Shown here: piece by piece, positions 1 through 15,466 of the stretch | Position numbering within the stretch: the stretch's first letter is position 1 | Layout of the letters: every line of letters starts with the position of its first letter | Assembly: GCF_009914755.1 (NCBI RefSeq) | Contig: NC_060926.1 | DNA from: the human T2T-CHM13v2.0 reference genome, Homo sapiens | Length of the DNA stretch: 64,000 nt | Strand: one strand, 5' to 3' | The notes under the pieces: model-generated | Seen by the model: only the letters and a program-made list of their open reading frames with translations | Database searches by the model: none | What the model was told of the DNA's origin: nothing | Translations under genes and position numbers: made by a program

Positions 1-1199
1 TGGCACTAAGATTCAACCAGGTCCACCTGGCTGCAGAGCCTACACTCTCACCTGTCACACTCCACATTCTAGGCCATGGTGGCAGGGACCAGGAGGAATG
101 AGGCTTCTCTGCCTTCGCGTAAGTGGAACCTAGTCAAGATGGAAAATGTGACAGAAAGGCTAAATAAATGGACAGACTGAGCAAAATAAGCAGGAACATT
201 TAATGGAAAGAAACGCTCAGAGAAATAGCCCTAATAAAGTTGAATGACACTAAAATGACAGAGGTGGTTAGGTGAGCTGGAGTGCCCATAAGCATTTTCC
301 TTTGATTCTGCACACCCAGAAGCAGTGTGTCACACTGCAGCTCTGTCCAGACGATTCTCATACTAGCCCAGCAGAGTCCTGTGGTTGGAAGGGACTGTGA
401 GAGCACTCAGAGTCCATTCCCTGCCTGCAGGAGTGAATAACTGAGGCATGGAGTAACTTAAATTACAGGATCAAAGTAGCTTTTCCATCCCAACCCCCAA
501 GTCAGCAAAGGAGTTGGAACTGTGTGCTGGAGTCCAGGGATGGAGTGACAGTCACATGAGTCAGCGTGTGGAAAATTGTATTCATACTACAACTCTTTAC
601 AAAGGAAACAACTGCCCATGCCCCTTTCCAGCTGTAAAACATCTGGTTGGCGGGGGAGGATGTCAACTGGGGAAATGGAAAGGAGCCACTCTAGTGCCCT
701 TTCTGTTAGAGTGGCCTCTGCAGGGGGAATGGAGGCAGACTAGAAGGGGCTTGGGGGAGTTGGGTCTAAGTTGTTTGTGCATTGTCGGTGTCACTCTCAG
801 TGTCACTCTCTCTTCCTATGATCCCCCTTGTCAGGGCATGTCTCCATTAGCAGGCCCAATCAGACAGAGTGCATTAAGAATGATTAAAGGCCTTGCAAGA
901 GATTAAGAGAATTATATTTGTATACTCCCTCTAGCCAAGGCTGAAGGACAACTGCTGGTGATTCTCTGAATAGCTTTACAGGTGCAAAGCAGAATTACTG
1001 AAGTGGGTTCCAGGGATTAGAGCTTTGAATGATGAGGATGTAATGCAGAGACAAGTTCTCTGAGGGAAACAGCTCCTCAGTCATGGGCATTAAGGGGACT
1101 GCCGGGGAGGATTTGAATGAGGATACAAGTTTGACAACAGAGATCCAGGAAGCAATCCACTGGGCAAGGATTGGCTGTGGTTCACTGTGGCAAACCAGT

Positions 1200-2020
<821 letters not shown>

Positions 2021-4482
2021 TTAGTGGTAAATAATCCCCAGCAGATGGTCTCCAGTGGGAAATGGGTGTGTCTGCCTCAAAGGTACTGGTGGTTCTTGCT
2101 TATTTCTCCTTCCTTCTGCCTCTCTGGAGTCCTCCTCAGGAATGGGGATGTAGGGAACCATTTCACCCATTTCATACCTTCCTCAGAGGCCATGAGATTA
2201 CTGGAGACTGGGGACAACATTATCCTCCTGTTCCTGCCTGACAAATGAGAGTCCCTGGCGTTCGGGGAGAGGTTACCTTGAGTCAAAGGCCAAAGGCACA
2301 TAGAACATTTCTGACACAGAACCTATGACTATGAATACTGTACTGTTCACCAAGCAACTTAAACTTTTTTTAGAATTTCTTGGCTAGAAGAAAATTTCTG
2401 AGATAATACAGTTTTAAAAGTTAAACACAGATATAGATATAGATAGGCTCACATGGTTTAAAATCCAAGATAATATAAAAAGGTAAACATTGAGGGACTT
2501 AGGGCAGAGCAAGATGGCAGAATAGAAGACTCCACTGATTTTCCTCCCTACAAGGAAACCAATTTTGCCACTATCTACACAAAAAAACTGCGAGCACTCA
2601 CAGTACATGGTTTTAATTTCACATTGTTGAAACAGGCACTGAAGTGGTAGGAAAAACAGTCTTGATCGCTGATGCCACCCCTCCACCATCACCTGGCAGC
2701 AGTGGCTTGGTGTGGAGAGTGTCTCTGTGAGCTGGGGAGAGGGAGGTTGCAGCATTTGTCAGGCACTGAACTCAGTGCTGCCTTATTACAACAGAAAACA
2801 AAACCGGACCAAACTTTCCTGACACCCACCCATGGGAGGAGCATTTAAATCAGCCCTAGCCAGAAGGGAATTGCCAATCCTAGTGGTCTGAACTTGAGTT
2901 ATCTCAAGCCTTGCCACTGTGGACTAAAGTGCTCTGGGGTCCTACATAAACTTGAAAGGCAGTCTAGGTCACAAGAACTCCAATTCCTAGGTGAGTCCTA
3001 GTGCTAAACATGGACCAGAGACATCAGACTGGGGGAGCATGCAACCTATTGAGACACCAGCTGGGGCAGCTAAGGGAGTGTCTGTGTCACCCCTCCCCTA
3101 AGCCCAGGCTGCACAGTTCGCAACTCCAAAGGAGACCCCTTCCCTCTGCTTAAGGAGAGGAAAGGAAAGAGTGGAGAGGACTTTGTCTTGCATCTTGGCA
3201 TACCAAGCTCAGCCACAGCAGGATAGGGCACCAGTCAGAGTTATGAGGCCCCCTTTCCAGATCCTAGCTCCTGGATGACATTTCTAGACACACCCTGAGC
3301 CAGAAGGGAATCCACTGCCTTAAAGCAAAGGACCCAGTTCTAGCAGGATTCATTACCTGCTAACTGAAGAGCCCTTGGGCCCTGAGAAGCCAGCAGCGAT
3401 ACCCAGGTACTACAGGGAAGGCCTTGGGTAAGACTCAGACTTGTTGGCTTCAGGTGAAACTCAGCACATTCCCAGCTGTGGTGGCTACGGGGTGAGACTC
3501 CTTCCACTTGAAAAAAGCAGAGAGAAAAGCATAGGGGACTTTGCCTTGCACCTTAGATATCAACACTGCCACAGGTGGGTAGAGCACCAAGCAGGCTCTT
3601 GGGGTCTCCGATTCTAGAACTTGGCTCTTGGATGGCATTTCTTGACCTGCCCTGGTCCTGAGAGGAGCCCCTGCCTTGAAGGGTGAGTCCCAAGCCAGGC
3701 AGCATTCACCACAAGCTGACTGAAGAGCACTTGGGCCTTAAGGAGACATTGGTGGTAGTCTGGAAGTACTCCCCATGTGCCTGTAGTGGCCATGGGGTGA
3801 GGCTCCTTTGCCTTGGAAAGGGGAGGGAAGAGTGAGAAGGACTGTGTTTTGGGGGTTGGAGTGCCAGCTCAGTCACAGTACAATAGAACACCAGGTAGAT
3901 GCCTAAGGTTTTTGACTCTAGTCCCTGGCTTCTGGACAGCACCTCTGAATATACCTGGGCACTAGAACTCACCACCCTGAAGGGAAGGACACAGGCCTGG
4001 CTGGCTTTTCTACCTGCTGATTGTAGAGTCCCAGGGCCTTTAGCAAACATAGGCCATAACCAGGAAGTAGTTACAGTAGGCCTTGGGTGAGATCAGTAGT
4101 GTGTTGGCTTCAGGTCTGACTCAGTGCAATAAGTGGTGGTGGCCACAGGGGTGATTGTGTCACTCCACTTCCAGCTCCAGGTGGCTCAGGACAGAAAGAG
4201 AGAGACTCCGTTTGTTTGGTAGAAAGTAAGGGAAAAGAATAAGAGTCTCTTCCTGGTAATCCAGAGAAGTCTTCCAGATCTTGTTCAAGACTATCAAGGC
4301 AGTACCTCTAAGGGTCTGTAAGAACCACAGCATTGCTGGGCTTGGGGTGCCCCCTAAAGCAGATACAGCTTAGATCACAACAACCAAGTCCTTTCAAATA
4401 TCTGGAAAGCCCTCCTGAGAAGGATGGATACAAACAAGCCCTTACAGGACAGTGAAGACTACAATAAATACCTAACTCTTCA

Positions 4483-5907
<1,425 letters not shown>

Positions 5908-8146
5908 TTAACTGTACATCTTAAAATAAGTGAAAGAGTATAATTGGATTGTTTGTAACACAAAGGATAAATGCTTGAGGGGATGGATACCCCATTTTAC
6001 ATGATGTGAGTATTATGCATTGCACATCTGTATCAAAACATCTAATGTACCTCATAAATATAAACACTCAGTACACAAAAAACTAAAATTAAAATCTTAA
6101 TAAACAAATATTACAAAAGTAAATATTGAGAACCCTTTCTCCCAGCTTTATGCCCACCACCCTGCAAATAGGTAATAACTTTTAGTAGTTTCTTGGTAAT
6201 GGAACTTCTTTAAAAATAGTATTGAAATAGGTTTTATAAGTTAGATTGGACCCATCCACCTCTTTCTGGAAGAGACTAGCTGGTACTGAGCACTGAGCAG
6301 TGTGGTCATACTTGGGTACCACAGCGTGCACAGGCAGAGGCAGCCCCCCAATCTTGCAGACTGGCATAGTGTCCAGTGTGGGTGCAGTTGGATACCCCAG
6401 AGCCAAGCTAACAGGGCATGGATCTGAGGCCATCAGTGTGGTTGAGGTTTTCCCCCTGTGACATCTTTGGTCTAATAATAATCCCCAAGGAAAGGGTATC
6501 AGTGTTTCCTAGAAACACATGACGAAGTCTGTAATCTGTCCCACCTTCAACCACAAGCAAACTTCTGCATACTCAGGATTACACGCATCCTCACAACTGA
6601 GATGACATTCCAAACCACAAGCACAACTCTTTGTTTTTGTGGTCACCACGTACAACAAGATAGCAGTTGATTTCCTTCACTCTCTTGGTTATGGTTGAGG
6701 AGATCAGCGGGAGAGTGGGAGGGAGGAGCTCCCTTCTGAGGGCTGGTCCCACAGGGCCCGGAGCTGGAGCGGGAGCAGAAGCTGGACTGGGAGAGAGCAC
6801 AAGGCAAGCTGGGGAGAAATGCTGAACCACCCTGCCACCTTAGCTTTAGAATGTGTCAAAGGCATCTTTTCCTCACGCCACTCCTGGCCACATCCCTACT
6901 CATCACTCATCTATAAGGTTGTTTCCCAGTGAGTCACCTTCTCGGGCTTGCAGGCAAGCTCCCAACTCCTTCTGGCCTCAGCCAAGGGCACTTTCCAGAC
7001 TTCTCCACTTATTCCCACCCTCCACAGGGCCCTGGAAATGTCACTGAAATCTCTCATGGTGTGTGAACTTCCCGGTGCCACAGCACATCCTGGAGATAAT
7101 GGCCAAGGGAAGCAGACCACTTGCCCATTGCACTTTCTGGGCCATCTGTCTGATTTGAACTTAGGAGGATGAGGAAATGATCGGGCAAAGACAAACCAAA
7201 CAGAGCTCGTGGTCCCACCCTAGAGCAGCATGTCATTGCTTACCTAGCCTAGAGTGGATACATTTTTCTGTTTGGTTCAAGTAGCATTAATTAATGTGTT
7301 CAGGAAAGTGATGATTGTCATGGGGACTAAGGGGGAGAATTTAAGGAGGAGAGGGAAAGGGTGGGAGCCAAAGTTCAGAGAACAGGAAATGTCTCAAGAG
7401 CTCTGGAAAGACAGCCTGTGATCAAATGTGTAGATGTTGAAGGAAATTCACATGGAGGAAAGGTGTGGTGCAGGTTGGACTCGGTACTGAGGGCACTAGA
7501 AAGGCAAGATGCCAAGCACTTTCCAGCAGGGCAAGACGCCGAACGCTTTCCTCATTTTCCTCATGCTCATGGAAGTCTCTCCCCTCTTTCATTTGATCAA
7601 TGCATATTAGCCCCTACTTCACTTATGGGCACTCAAGAATCAACTAAAACAATGTCCTTCTCTGCATATTTTTTCCTGTTTCATTGGATATCTCCTCCTC
7701 AATTTTTGAGAAGAAATACAAGGTTATAAAAATCTGAATAAATTTTTCTCTGGAAGACTGATTTCGCCACGAGTAGTTCATTTCCAGAAATATAATCCAG
7801 TAACTATGTCCATGCAACACTCTTTGTAAGAATTTTCACAAGTCATAGTCACTTGCTTTCTTGAGGGTGACTGGCTCTTCCTTCTGTTCGTGGGATAAAG
7901 ACTAGATCACTACTTCATGAGTTAGAAACAGAGTAGAGGAGTGTTATTTTGGTTTTCTTCATGCTGTTTGGGACTCTTGCTGTACTTTTTCTAAAACTCT
8001 GTTTTTGAGGCCACACAGACAGAACATTCTTTTGTACTCTTGTTGCTGTCTGGTAATATTTACTTTCATCTTATGGATTAAAGAGAGCTCAGATTTCTAT
8101 ATTTTAATACATGTGACCTAGATAGTGGTAAACCACCCACACTCAC

Positions 8147-8296
8147 CCATAACTGTTTCAGATATGATACAGTACGTCTAAATATGCCTTTTGAAATTCT
8201 GATTAGCTCAGGGCAGGGGAGTATAAATTGCCTATGTTCCACTGACAGGAATCTTGCTGTTGGAGACTTCTCCAGTACCCGCCAAGCACAGACCAC
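8147..8296 (-). other. Candidate spliced exon (150 nt), probably non-coding
   Basis: Minus strand: CTTCTTGTTCTTTTCCCCCAG|GTG acceptor and TGG|GTGAGT donor; phase-0 frame open; no transcript evidence available. Confidence 0.35.
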
Positions 8297-8599
8297 CTGG
8301 GGGAAAAGAACAAGAAGTATTCTCCCTCCCAGCTAAGTAGAATAACCTTTACTTCTGTCCTTCAGCACATGAACTGTAACTAAATACCTGTTTCATCAAA
8401 GCCAGATCCTCCCTCCTCTGGAAAGATTCCCCATCTTCCCAGGGACTGAACTCCTTGGGATACCCCCTTTTTCTCCTTTCTACTGCCTTGTTCCCTCTCC
8501 CTGACCTCAGAATTATTCCCATCTGCATAAAAATACACACTAAAAATTCCCCTTTTCACATGTCCCCCAGCTGCAGCTGCACTCCTCTGCTCCCACCAC

Positions 8600-9080
8600 A
8601 CTCAACATTTCTAGAATGAGTCCCCTGTTCACTGCCGTAGCCTCTGCCTTCACCACACCACTGAAATAGCCCTGTTCAAGCCCGAGTGACTGCCCTGTTG
8701 CCAAATCCAGTGGTCATGTTTTTGTCCTAGTCTTCTCCCCCTGCCCATTCCCTCCTCCTGGACCCCTGCTTGCCTCCTGGGCCAACCCCTCTCCAGGTGT
8801 CCCTTCTCCTTCACCACCATGTCTGCCCAGTCTCCTCTACCCAGCTTTTAATAGCCCAAGCAGTCCAGGATTTGGTTCCAGCCTCTGCCCTCCTTAGTCT
8901 CTTCTACCTGAGGCACCTCATCCTTGTCTGGGGATTGAAACACCCTCTTTATGCTGTTGACTCCCAAATGTCACTCACCAACCCAGACCTTTCCAGCGCA
9001 AGACTGGCTCATACAACTCTATGTGGCTTCTCTCAGTTCAATGTCTCATGAATCTCCAAGTTTAACCCATCCAAACCAAG
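8600..9080 (+). mobile_element. L2 LINE fragment (RT region)
   Basis: CCACTGAAATAGCCCTGTTCAAG...TTGCCAAATCCAGTGGTCA and TATGCTGTTGACTCCCAAAT resemble L2 consensus. Confidence 0.7.
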
Positions 9081-9166
9081 GGCCGATAGGCATTTCTGAG
9101 CATTTGGGAATTAAAGGAATTTATTCTTGCTGCCTTTGTTCTGGATGATGCTGCCTGCTGATAAAA

Positions 9167-9171
9167 TCTCT

Positions 9172-9216
<45 letters not shown>
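9167..9216. repeat. (TC)4(TG)21 microsatellite
   Basis: Perfect TG run 9175-9216 read directly. Confidence 0.98.
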
Positions 9217-9217
<1 letters not shown>

Positions 9218-9804
9218 CACCTGGAGTTCTATGTGTACAGTATCCTGACAGGCAGCTGTGTGTCATTTTCCCTGAGCGAATTCCTACTGAACTGCCTTTT
9301 CCTACTGGTTCTGTGATATTTTGAATCACTGCCTTCTGCACCTCAACACCAACAAACGTCCACATCCTACATATTTCCTGGAATGCTGGGAAATGCTCCC
9401 TAAATTATGATGACTGTTCTGCTGGGACTATGGGACCAGGTTATACCCTTTCAGGTAGGGGTGGAAAGAAAGTTCCGCCTGAAGGAAAGAGATCATTAAC
9501 CGTCATTCAATCCAGAAGAGTTGATTCTGGGCCTTAGATGTAAGCAAGACAAACCATGATCCCTCTCTGTGTTCATGGCATCAATCAAGCCTGGAGAAAT
9601 TGAAGATGTCAGTAGTGGACTGGTCACTGAGTTACATGAACATAAAACAATGTTTGAAAGCTCTTTTTGCTTAAGTCAATTTACTCACGAGTCCAACCCC
9701 ATCCTGGCTGTTCCCTAAGGTCCTAAACTCCTCAATCATGAATGCTTCCATTCAGGGAACACTGGGATAATAGTACACACAAGAGGAGAATGTGAAGCTC
9801 TGGC

Positions 9805-9982
9805 CAGAGGTTCTCAATTGTGCTACATGTTGGAATCACCTGGAGGGCTTTAAAAAATGTTGATGACTGAGACCTTACCCAGAAACTCTGATTTACTTCA
9901 TCTGGGGCATGGTCTGGTCATTGATAGGTTAACAAAACCTCCCAGGTGATTCTAATACCCAGCCAAGATTGAGAGTCCTACT
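9805..9982. mobile_element. MER5A-type hAT-Charlie MITE
   Basis: CAGAGGTTCTCAA start, GAATCACCTGG ... CCAGGTGATTC internal inverted motif, TTGAGA end; CTCTGG flanks on both sides. Confidence 0.85.
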
Positions 9983-10130
9983 CTGGACTATGCTGGCACA
10001 AACTGCACAAGGTTTTTTTCTTCAACACATGCCGATTTCCAGCAGTATAATTTCAGCTTCAGAGAGAAGCTTGGGCTTGCACTCATCAGATGGCACTGCC
10101 TCATCATGTGCAGTGTAGGGCTGTGTTTCC

Positions 10131-10240
10131 CCTGATAGACTGTGAGTTCTTTGAGGACTGGGGCCATGTCATTGCGTCTGTTTCTCCAGTGTCTAGTACA
10201 TCACAGGAGCTCAATAAATGATAGCTCAGTGAATGGATGA
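10131..10240 (+). mobile_element. L2 3' end
   Basis: TAGACTGTGAGTTCTTTGAGGAC...AGGAGCTCAATAAATG...GAATGGATGAA. Confidence 0.8.
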
Positions 10241-10783
10241 ACATGAAGCAAGGTGAAGTAGACAGTTGCCCCAGTCCCCGTGCCCTTGAGTTCACCTTCT
10301 GAGATGCACCTGCAGTGGCATGTCAGTGTGCACTCTGCATCACAGTTCATTCTGAGCTTGTCTCCAAGTTTCCCATACAGGGCACTCCGTGTGGGATTCT
10401 TCTCCACACTCCCATTGTTCTGCTGCTGCCTCCTCCAACAAGGCAGGGAAACTCCCCACAATAGGCTGGTTTCCTATTTGTGATGGTGGGGGGACTGTCA
10501 CCTCAAGGTGTTTCATCCAGCCATTCCACACCTGCTCTCCTACTGGCCTAGGAATGTGGTACCCTGAACACTGGAAGGTCTGGAACCTAATGGGTGGTTC
10601 TGAGAAAGCATTATGGATGGTTTCTCTTTGAGATGTGTCACTGGTTTGACATTGTCATCTGTCACTCTCTGAGTCTCAGGATGACATCCCTTAGATGGGG
10701 ACTCTGGGGGTGGTGGCTGGAGACGCCAGCATCATTGGTGCTTTGCCTTTGTTTAGCTCAGTTCCTATTCGGAATCCTTCACA

Positions 10784-10963
10784 ATGGGGTGTTTTAACCA
10801 GGGACTCATACATGGCTCTTGGGGAGGGAGATCCATGACCCCCTGGAGTCACATGTCAGTATTGTACAAATACACTCTATGCACATTTCTCTAAAGAGAG
10901 AGAACCCCTCAATTTTAATCAGATTCTTAAAGTTGTCCATGACCACAAAAGGTTTGACTCATC
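10784..10963. mobile_element. hAT-Charlie MITE (Charlie4z-like)
   Basis: TTTTAATCAGATTCTTAAAGTTGTCCATGACCACAAAAGGTT resembles the recalled Charlie4z end. Confidence 0.55.
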
Positions 10964-12079
10964 TACCTCCCACTGTCTTCCCCACAGTTTTAACTTCCCA
11001 CTGTTCCTAGAAGGCCTTGAGAGGGTGAGTTCTAACATCATTCTGCCACAAAGACCTGGAATGGGGTTGTCTAGGTTAGACCAGCCTGTGCATGTAGAAC
11101 AAGACTACAAATTATTTGGTTTTCTGAAAACTTGGAAGGTAAAGGGGAGTATTATTAGTGGCCATCCTTCATCTTCCAACATGGACATTGATGCCACATG
11201 CAAGTGCGTGTGCCTGAGTGTGTGTGTGCATATATGAGTGTGTGTGTCACTGGCAGGGCTTCTCACACTGAGCATGTGTGTAACATCTGACAAGCAGCTG
11301 TGTCTCATTTTTTCTCGGCTTTTCCTGGTTGACTGACCATACGTTTCCTAGGTTTTGTGATGCTTATGCAAAATGGCCAGAATGCCCTCAGAGAGCTCAG
11401 CTGCCTGCTACCAACACGCCCACTTCCTGCCCACCTTGGACTACTCACACAACCCCCTGTTTCATCCCTTTCTCCAGGGTGGATTCTGTTTATTTGCAGC
11501 AAGATGCATGCGGTGTTGCCTCCTTCTTCTCCCTGGCACTCTGAAAGCACTCTCTGAGGCTGGGCGCCACCCCTACCTGTGTGTGTCTCACTGGCAGCAG
11601 CTGTGGATGAAGGGAAGTCTTATCTTCCCTTTGGCAGAGGCAGCAGCCCATGGAGCGGGTAGCCAGTGCCGTGCACACTCAGCCCCATTCTCTGTGGCAG
11701 TGGAAAGAGTGACAAGCATGGGCTTTAAACAGGGAAGCCAGTCTGGGGACTGCTAAGGCTCTAATAAGGCAGACTCAGAGAGAGCTAGGTGACCCCGCCC
11801 AGGACTGAGTAACGTTTGAGTCAGCATGGGCTGGCCTGGAAACGCAGAGTCGAACCTGCTTGTTCTCTGACTAGCCTGAGACTTGGCTCACAGCTGTCCC
11901 AGGCAAAGCAGAACACGTGGGAGCCTTGCTCCCTGCCCTCCCTGATGGCCTGATCTCCAGCCTCCTTTCCACTGCCTTCTCCTGCCAAGCCTTATATTTC
12001 CTCCTGGAGAACATTTCTCCCTCAGGCAGGGGAGCCTCCCTCATCAGGCTGTTGGTGCTGGCATAGTAAAAAAGGCAGG

Positions 12080-12098
12080 ATGGCACCAGGGGGCACTT
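12080..12098 (+). promoter_or_regulatory. Candidate CTCF site
   Basis: GCACCAGGGGGCACT vs CTCF core CCACCAGGGGGCGCT; motif match only. Confidence 0.4.
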
Positions 12099-12356
12099 GT
12101 CTCTGTGTATGTTGTGCTCTGATATCAGGGCGGTAGCTCCAGCATGAGGAATGTGGATATCCTAGGCTTTGCTGATTGAGGGGTCCTGAACCTATGGGCT
12201 TCTCTCCTTGCCCAGATTTTTCTGTGTGTAAACCCCATGCACATATGAACACCTACTTAAGTGCATATGGTACCGTATCTGGTGCCTGCCCTCAGACAGA
12301 ACCAAGATATGTGTGGAAACCTTGTCTGCACACAAGAATAACGACAATTATTTGGA

Positions 12357-12592
12357 AACAACAGCTGACATTTATTGAGCGCAAACCATGCTGGATACCT
12401 TGCTATGCACTTAACGTGAATTATCTATTTTAATTCTCACACTACATGTGAAGTAGGTCCTCCTATTATGATATTTTACAGAGCAAAGTGAGGCTTACCA
12501 GAGTTAAGTAACTTGCTCAAGATACACAGTAAGTGGTTGAGCTGAGCATCAAATCCAAGTTCATCTCCACAGCTGCGTGCATAACAACCATC
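12357..12592 (-). mobile_element. MIR SINE
   Basis: CATTTATTGAGC...ATTTTACAGA...GAGGCTT...GTTAAGTAACTTGCTCAAG, reverse MIR core. Confidence 0.85.
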
Positions 12593-12964
12593 AGGAACTA
12601 ACCCTGTGAGGACGTCAAGGCACTGTGAGCAGCCAGAGAGTGGTCCAAACAGCAGGTGACACAGGAATTCCGTAGAATGAAAAAGCCTGATGATAAGAGG
12701 AAGGCGAAGGAACAGAGTGGGAAGGAGAAATGTGATGATTCTGGAAAACAACACCTTGAACTTTGCCATGCAAATCTGTTGGTTCCACTTAAAGCTTGAT
12801 ATTGAGAAGTCTTATAGGGGATGCCCATAATGATCTCTAAACTACCCAATCTCCCCACTCTGACAGATCCTCCCTGCCACAGTTTCAGAGCCCTTTGTCA
12901 TCTGCTGCCAGCCCCAGCCCACGCCGGCTGATTTCCAAGGGAGATGCTGTAGCTGCCCTTCGCG

Positions 12965-13410
12965 TCCACACACTCTGTCAGTGCCCCGGCCAGATCCACT
13001 CAAAACCCTCCCCACAGCCCACCCCCGCCAGCTGTGGGAGCTTTGCTGGGAACAACCTGCCCCTGTGGCTCCCTAACAGTCCTGTCCTCAAGCTAACAGA
13101 GCCACTTTCACCCTTCAGGAGCAGACAGGCTGGGAATGTATGAACCCTCGAGGCCACCTGCAGCCAATGATTGATAACCATATGACACTCAGCTCGCTTG
13201 CCTCAAGGTGGAACAAACTCTAAGGTGTCATTTCTACTCCAGAGCTCCTCAGGGGCCAGGCTGCTGCTGACTTCACCTGAGGTAGCCCCTTGCTTTCCTT
13301 TTCTGTTCCACTGTCCACATTCCCTTGCGATTTTCGTGGGAGCACAGCCTTCATAACCACATGTGCACAAACCCTTATCTCAGGGTCAGCTCCTGGAAGC
13401 AGACTTAATG
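12965..13410 (+). mobile_element. LTR16-family (ERVL) solo LTR
   Basis: TGTCAGTGCCCCGGCCAGATCC start; GCAGCCAATGA...TTGCCTCAAGGTGGAACAAACTCT...ACTCCAGAGCTCC...TCTCAGGGTCAGCT match recalled LTR16C. Confidence 0.75.
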
Positions 13411-14166
13411 TAGTGTGGCTGTGAAGTTCCACGGACATCTTCAAAGAGACTGAATTGACTTGAACTGACTACGCACCATGCCAGCCTGAGACTCTGGGGG
13501 CCTTCACTGGATCAAAGAACCACTGAAGGAAGAGGAAGCGATTCCATAGGGCAGGGAAACAGCTGGCTCTCACTGCCCCCAGGGGAAAGCCTACTACGCT
13601 CAGCGCCTTGGATGGCAGTCAGCATGAAAGGGTGAGCAGTGGTCCTCACTCCCAGAGACAGGACTGCAGCCCTCAGCCCTTGCTCATTCCTGCATCACAA
13701 GCACAGGAGAGGCTAGAATTAGTGAGGAAGGAGGAACAGAGGAGGGGGAATGCGCTGGCTCCTAAGGGTAGGTAAAAGGGGAGGGAGGACGTTTGGGGGA
13801 AGGAACAGGCTGAGTGATGAGGAGCAGGTCCTCTTGGGCCTTCTGTCCCTCAATGGAGCTAGACCTGAGGCCACAGCCTTGCAGCCCCCTCACTGACAGT
13901 CTGACCCCTCTAGTCCCCCTGAAGAGCCCTCACCCCATACCTAGGACAGCCACTGAATATGAGCCCTTTCTTCCTTCAGTTACTCCTGCTCCTTTAAACC
14001 ACAGCAGACTCAGGTGAGAGTAGGTCATGATTTCCACAGGGTTACCTCATCCAAGAGCTGTGCCCCCCAGAGCTAAAGTAAGGATGATTTCAGGAGAATA
14101 CCCACAGAAAATAGGTCTCTTTCTCCATGGACATTCCATTCACTCCCTATACATATACGTGTTTCG

Positions 14167-14200
14167 ACACACACATGCACACACACACACACACACACAC
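14167..14200. repeat. Interrupted (CA)n microsatellite
   Basis: Read directly. Confidence 0.95.
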
Positions 14201-14933
14201 TTGTATTTTCTCTTCTGTGCATTGACCTCAGTCCAGGCCTGCTGGTTAGGCAGGTGTTGTACAGCCAGACTCTGGGGTTCATGGATTTTCCTGGTTGAGT
14301 AAGAACTGACTGGCAGCCTGACAGAGCTAAGCACAAGCTCAGGTCACAGAAAAAGTGGTGGGGCTGCGAGAAGGAAAGTGAAGCACCCCAGGGCCTTGAG
14401 ACCTGCCTAACAGCAATGAGCCACTCCCCTGCTTGAGTCATCTCCACTCTCTCCTCCACACCTGCACAGAAAGAGTGACCTGCTGCCTGGGGAATGCAGG
14501 TGCCTCCCTCCACAGCCTCGTCCCAGGGAAACAGCTGTTCTACCTTTGGGAAGAGGGAGTCTCTTCCTTGGCCCTGCAGGGATGCCGTCTCCTGCCTTCT
14601 TCCTCATTCCCAAAGCTGTGGCAATTCTCCCTCCCTGTGCGATGCCAGGCATGGTCTTTGCTGGCGTCCATTCTCCATTCATGGGTGTTCACCCATCATG
14701 AACCAGGAATGTGCTTCCTCCTGTCAGTACGGGACAGTCCTTGTATGGGAAACATACAATTCCTCCTCCCACTGTCAGAACTTCCACTGGTACTTCTCCC
14801 CACAGCCAAGCTCAGGCCTCAAAGTAGGCTGAGAAAATCTTCAGCAGGGAATATAGAGTTCTTAGTGTATATTTTTTTCCACTCGGGAAAAGCAACAAAT
14901 TTATATTCCCTCAGTAAAAATTCAGTCAACGCT

Positions 14934-15168
14934 CAAGGCTACCATGGACAGTGGTGTTGGTTGTACCCTGCACAAATATGCCCTGCTGAGGGGATGAGTG
15001 GAGGCTGAAATTCAGCTACAGCTCACTTGCCACAGTGTGTATTCTGGTATGGGACTGCATCCGTTTAAAGTTTGCACAGAAGCACCTCTTGATCGTTGGG
15101 CTCCGTACCCAGAATGGGCACCTTTTCCTAAGGCATGCAAGACTCACTATAGGATAGCCTCTGCCCTG
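14934..15168 (-). mobile_element. MER91A-like hAT-Tip100 MITE
   Basis: GGTTGTACCCTGCACAA...GAGTGGAGGCTGAAATTCAGC...GGGCACCTTTTCCTAA...GCCCTG follows the reverse of recalled MER91A. Confidence 0.6.
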
Positions 15169-15466
15169 CCAACCTTGCTTCTCTCACCTCCTGCCTAGAA
15201 GTACTTTTGTCTTTGCCCATTCTTACAAGGCAGTATTTTTCCCCTTTCACCTCCTCCTTCTCTGTCTGAGGACAGTCTGATAGGATCAGAGACCCACAGA
15301 CTGTCACTGCCATTGAGAAATAACATCCATGTGCCTTTTGAGTTCTTATTCTCGGATGGACAGCCACCCCAGTCATACTGGGCAGAGCTGTCAAGGGTGG
15401 TTTGCCCGTCCCTTCAGCCTGGTCTTCCTTCCTGATCTTCCTGTCTTCCTTCTTTTCCTCCTATAG

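Noticed and set aside
14433-15008. 191-aa ORF, and similar 150-170-aa ORFs at 21404, 26187, 49270, 52725
   Set aside because: Mostly non-ATG starts, no recognisable domain, some overlap LTR or MITE relics; lengths compatible with chance.
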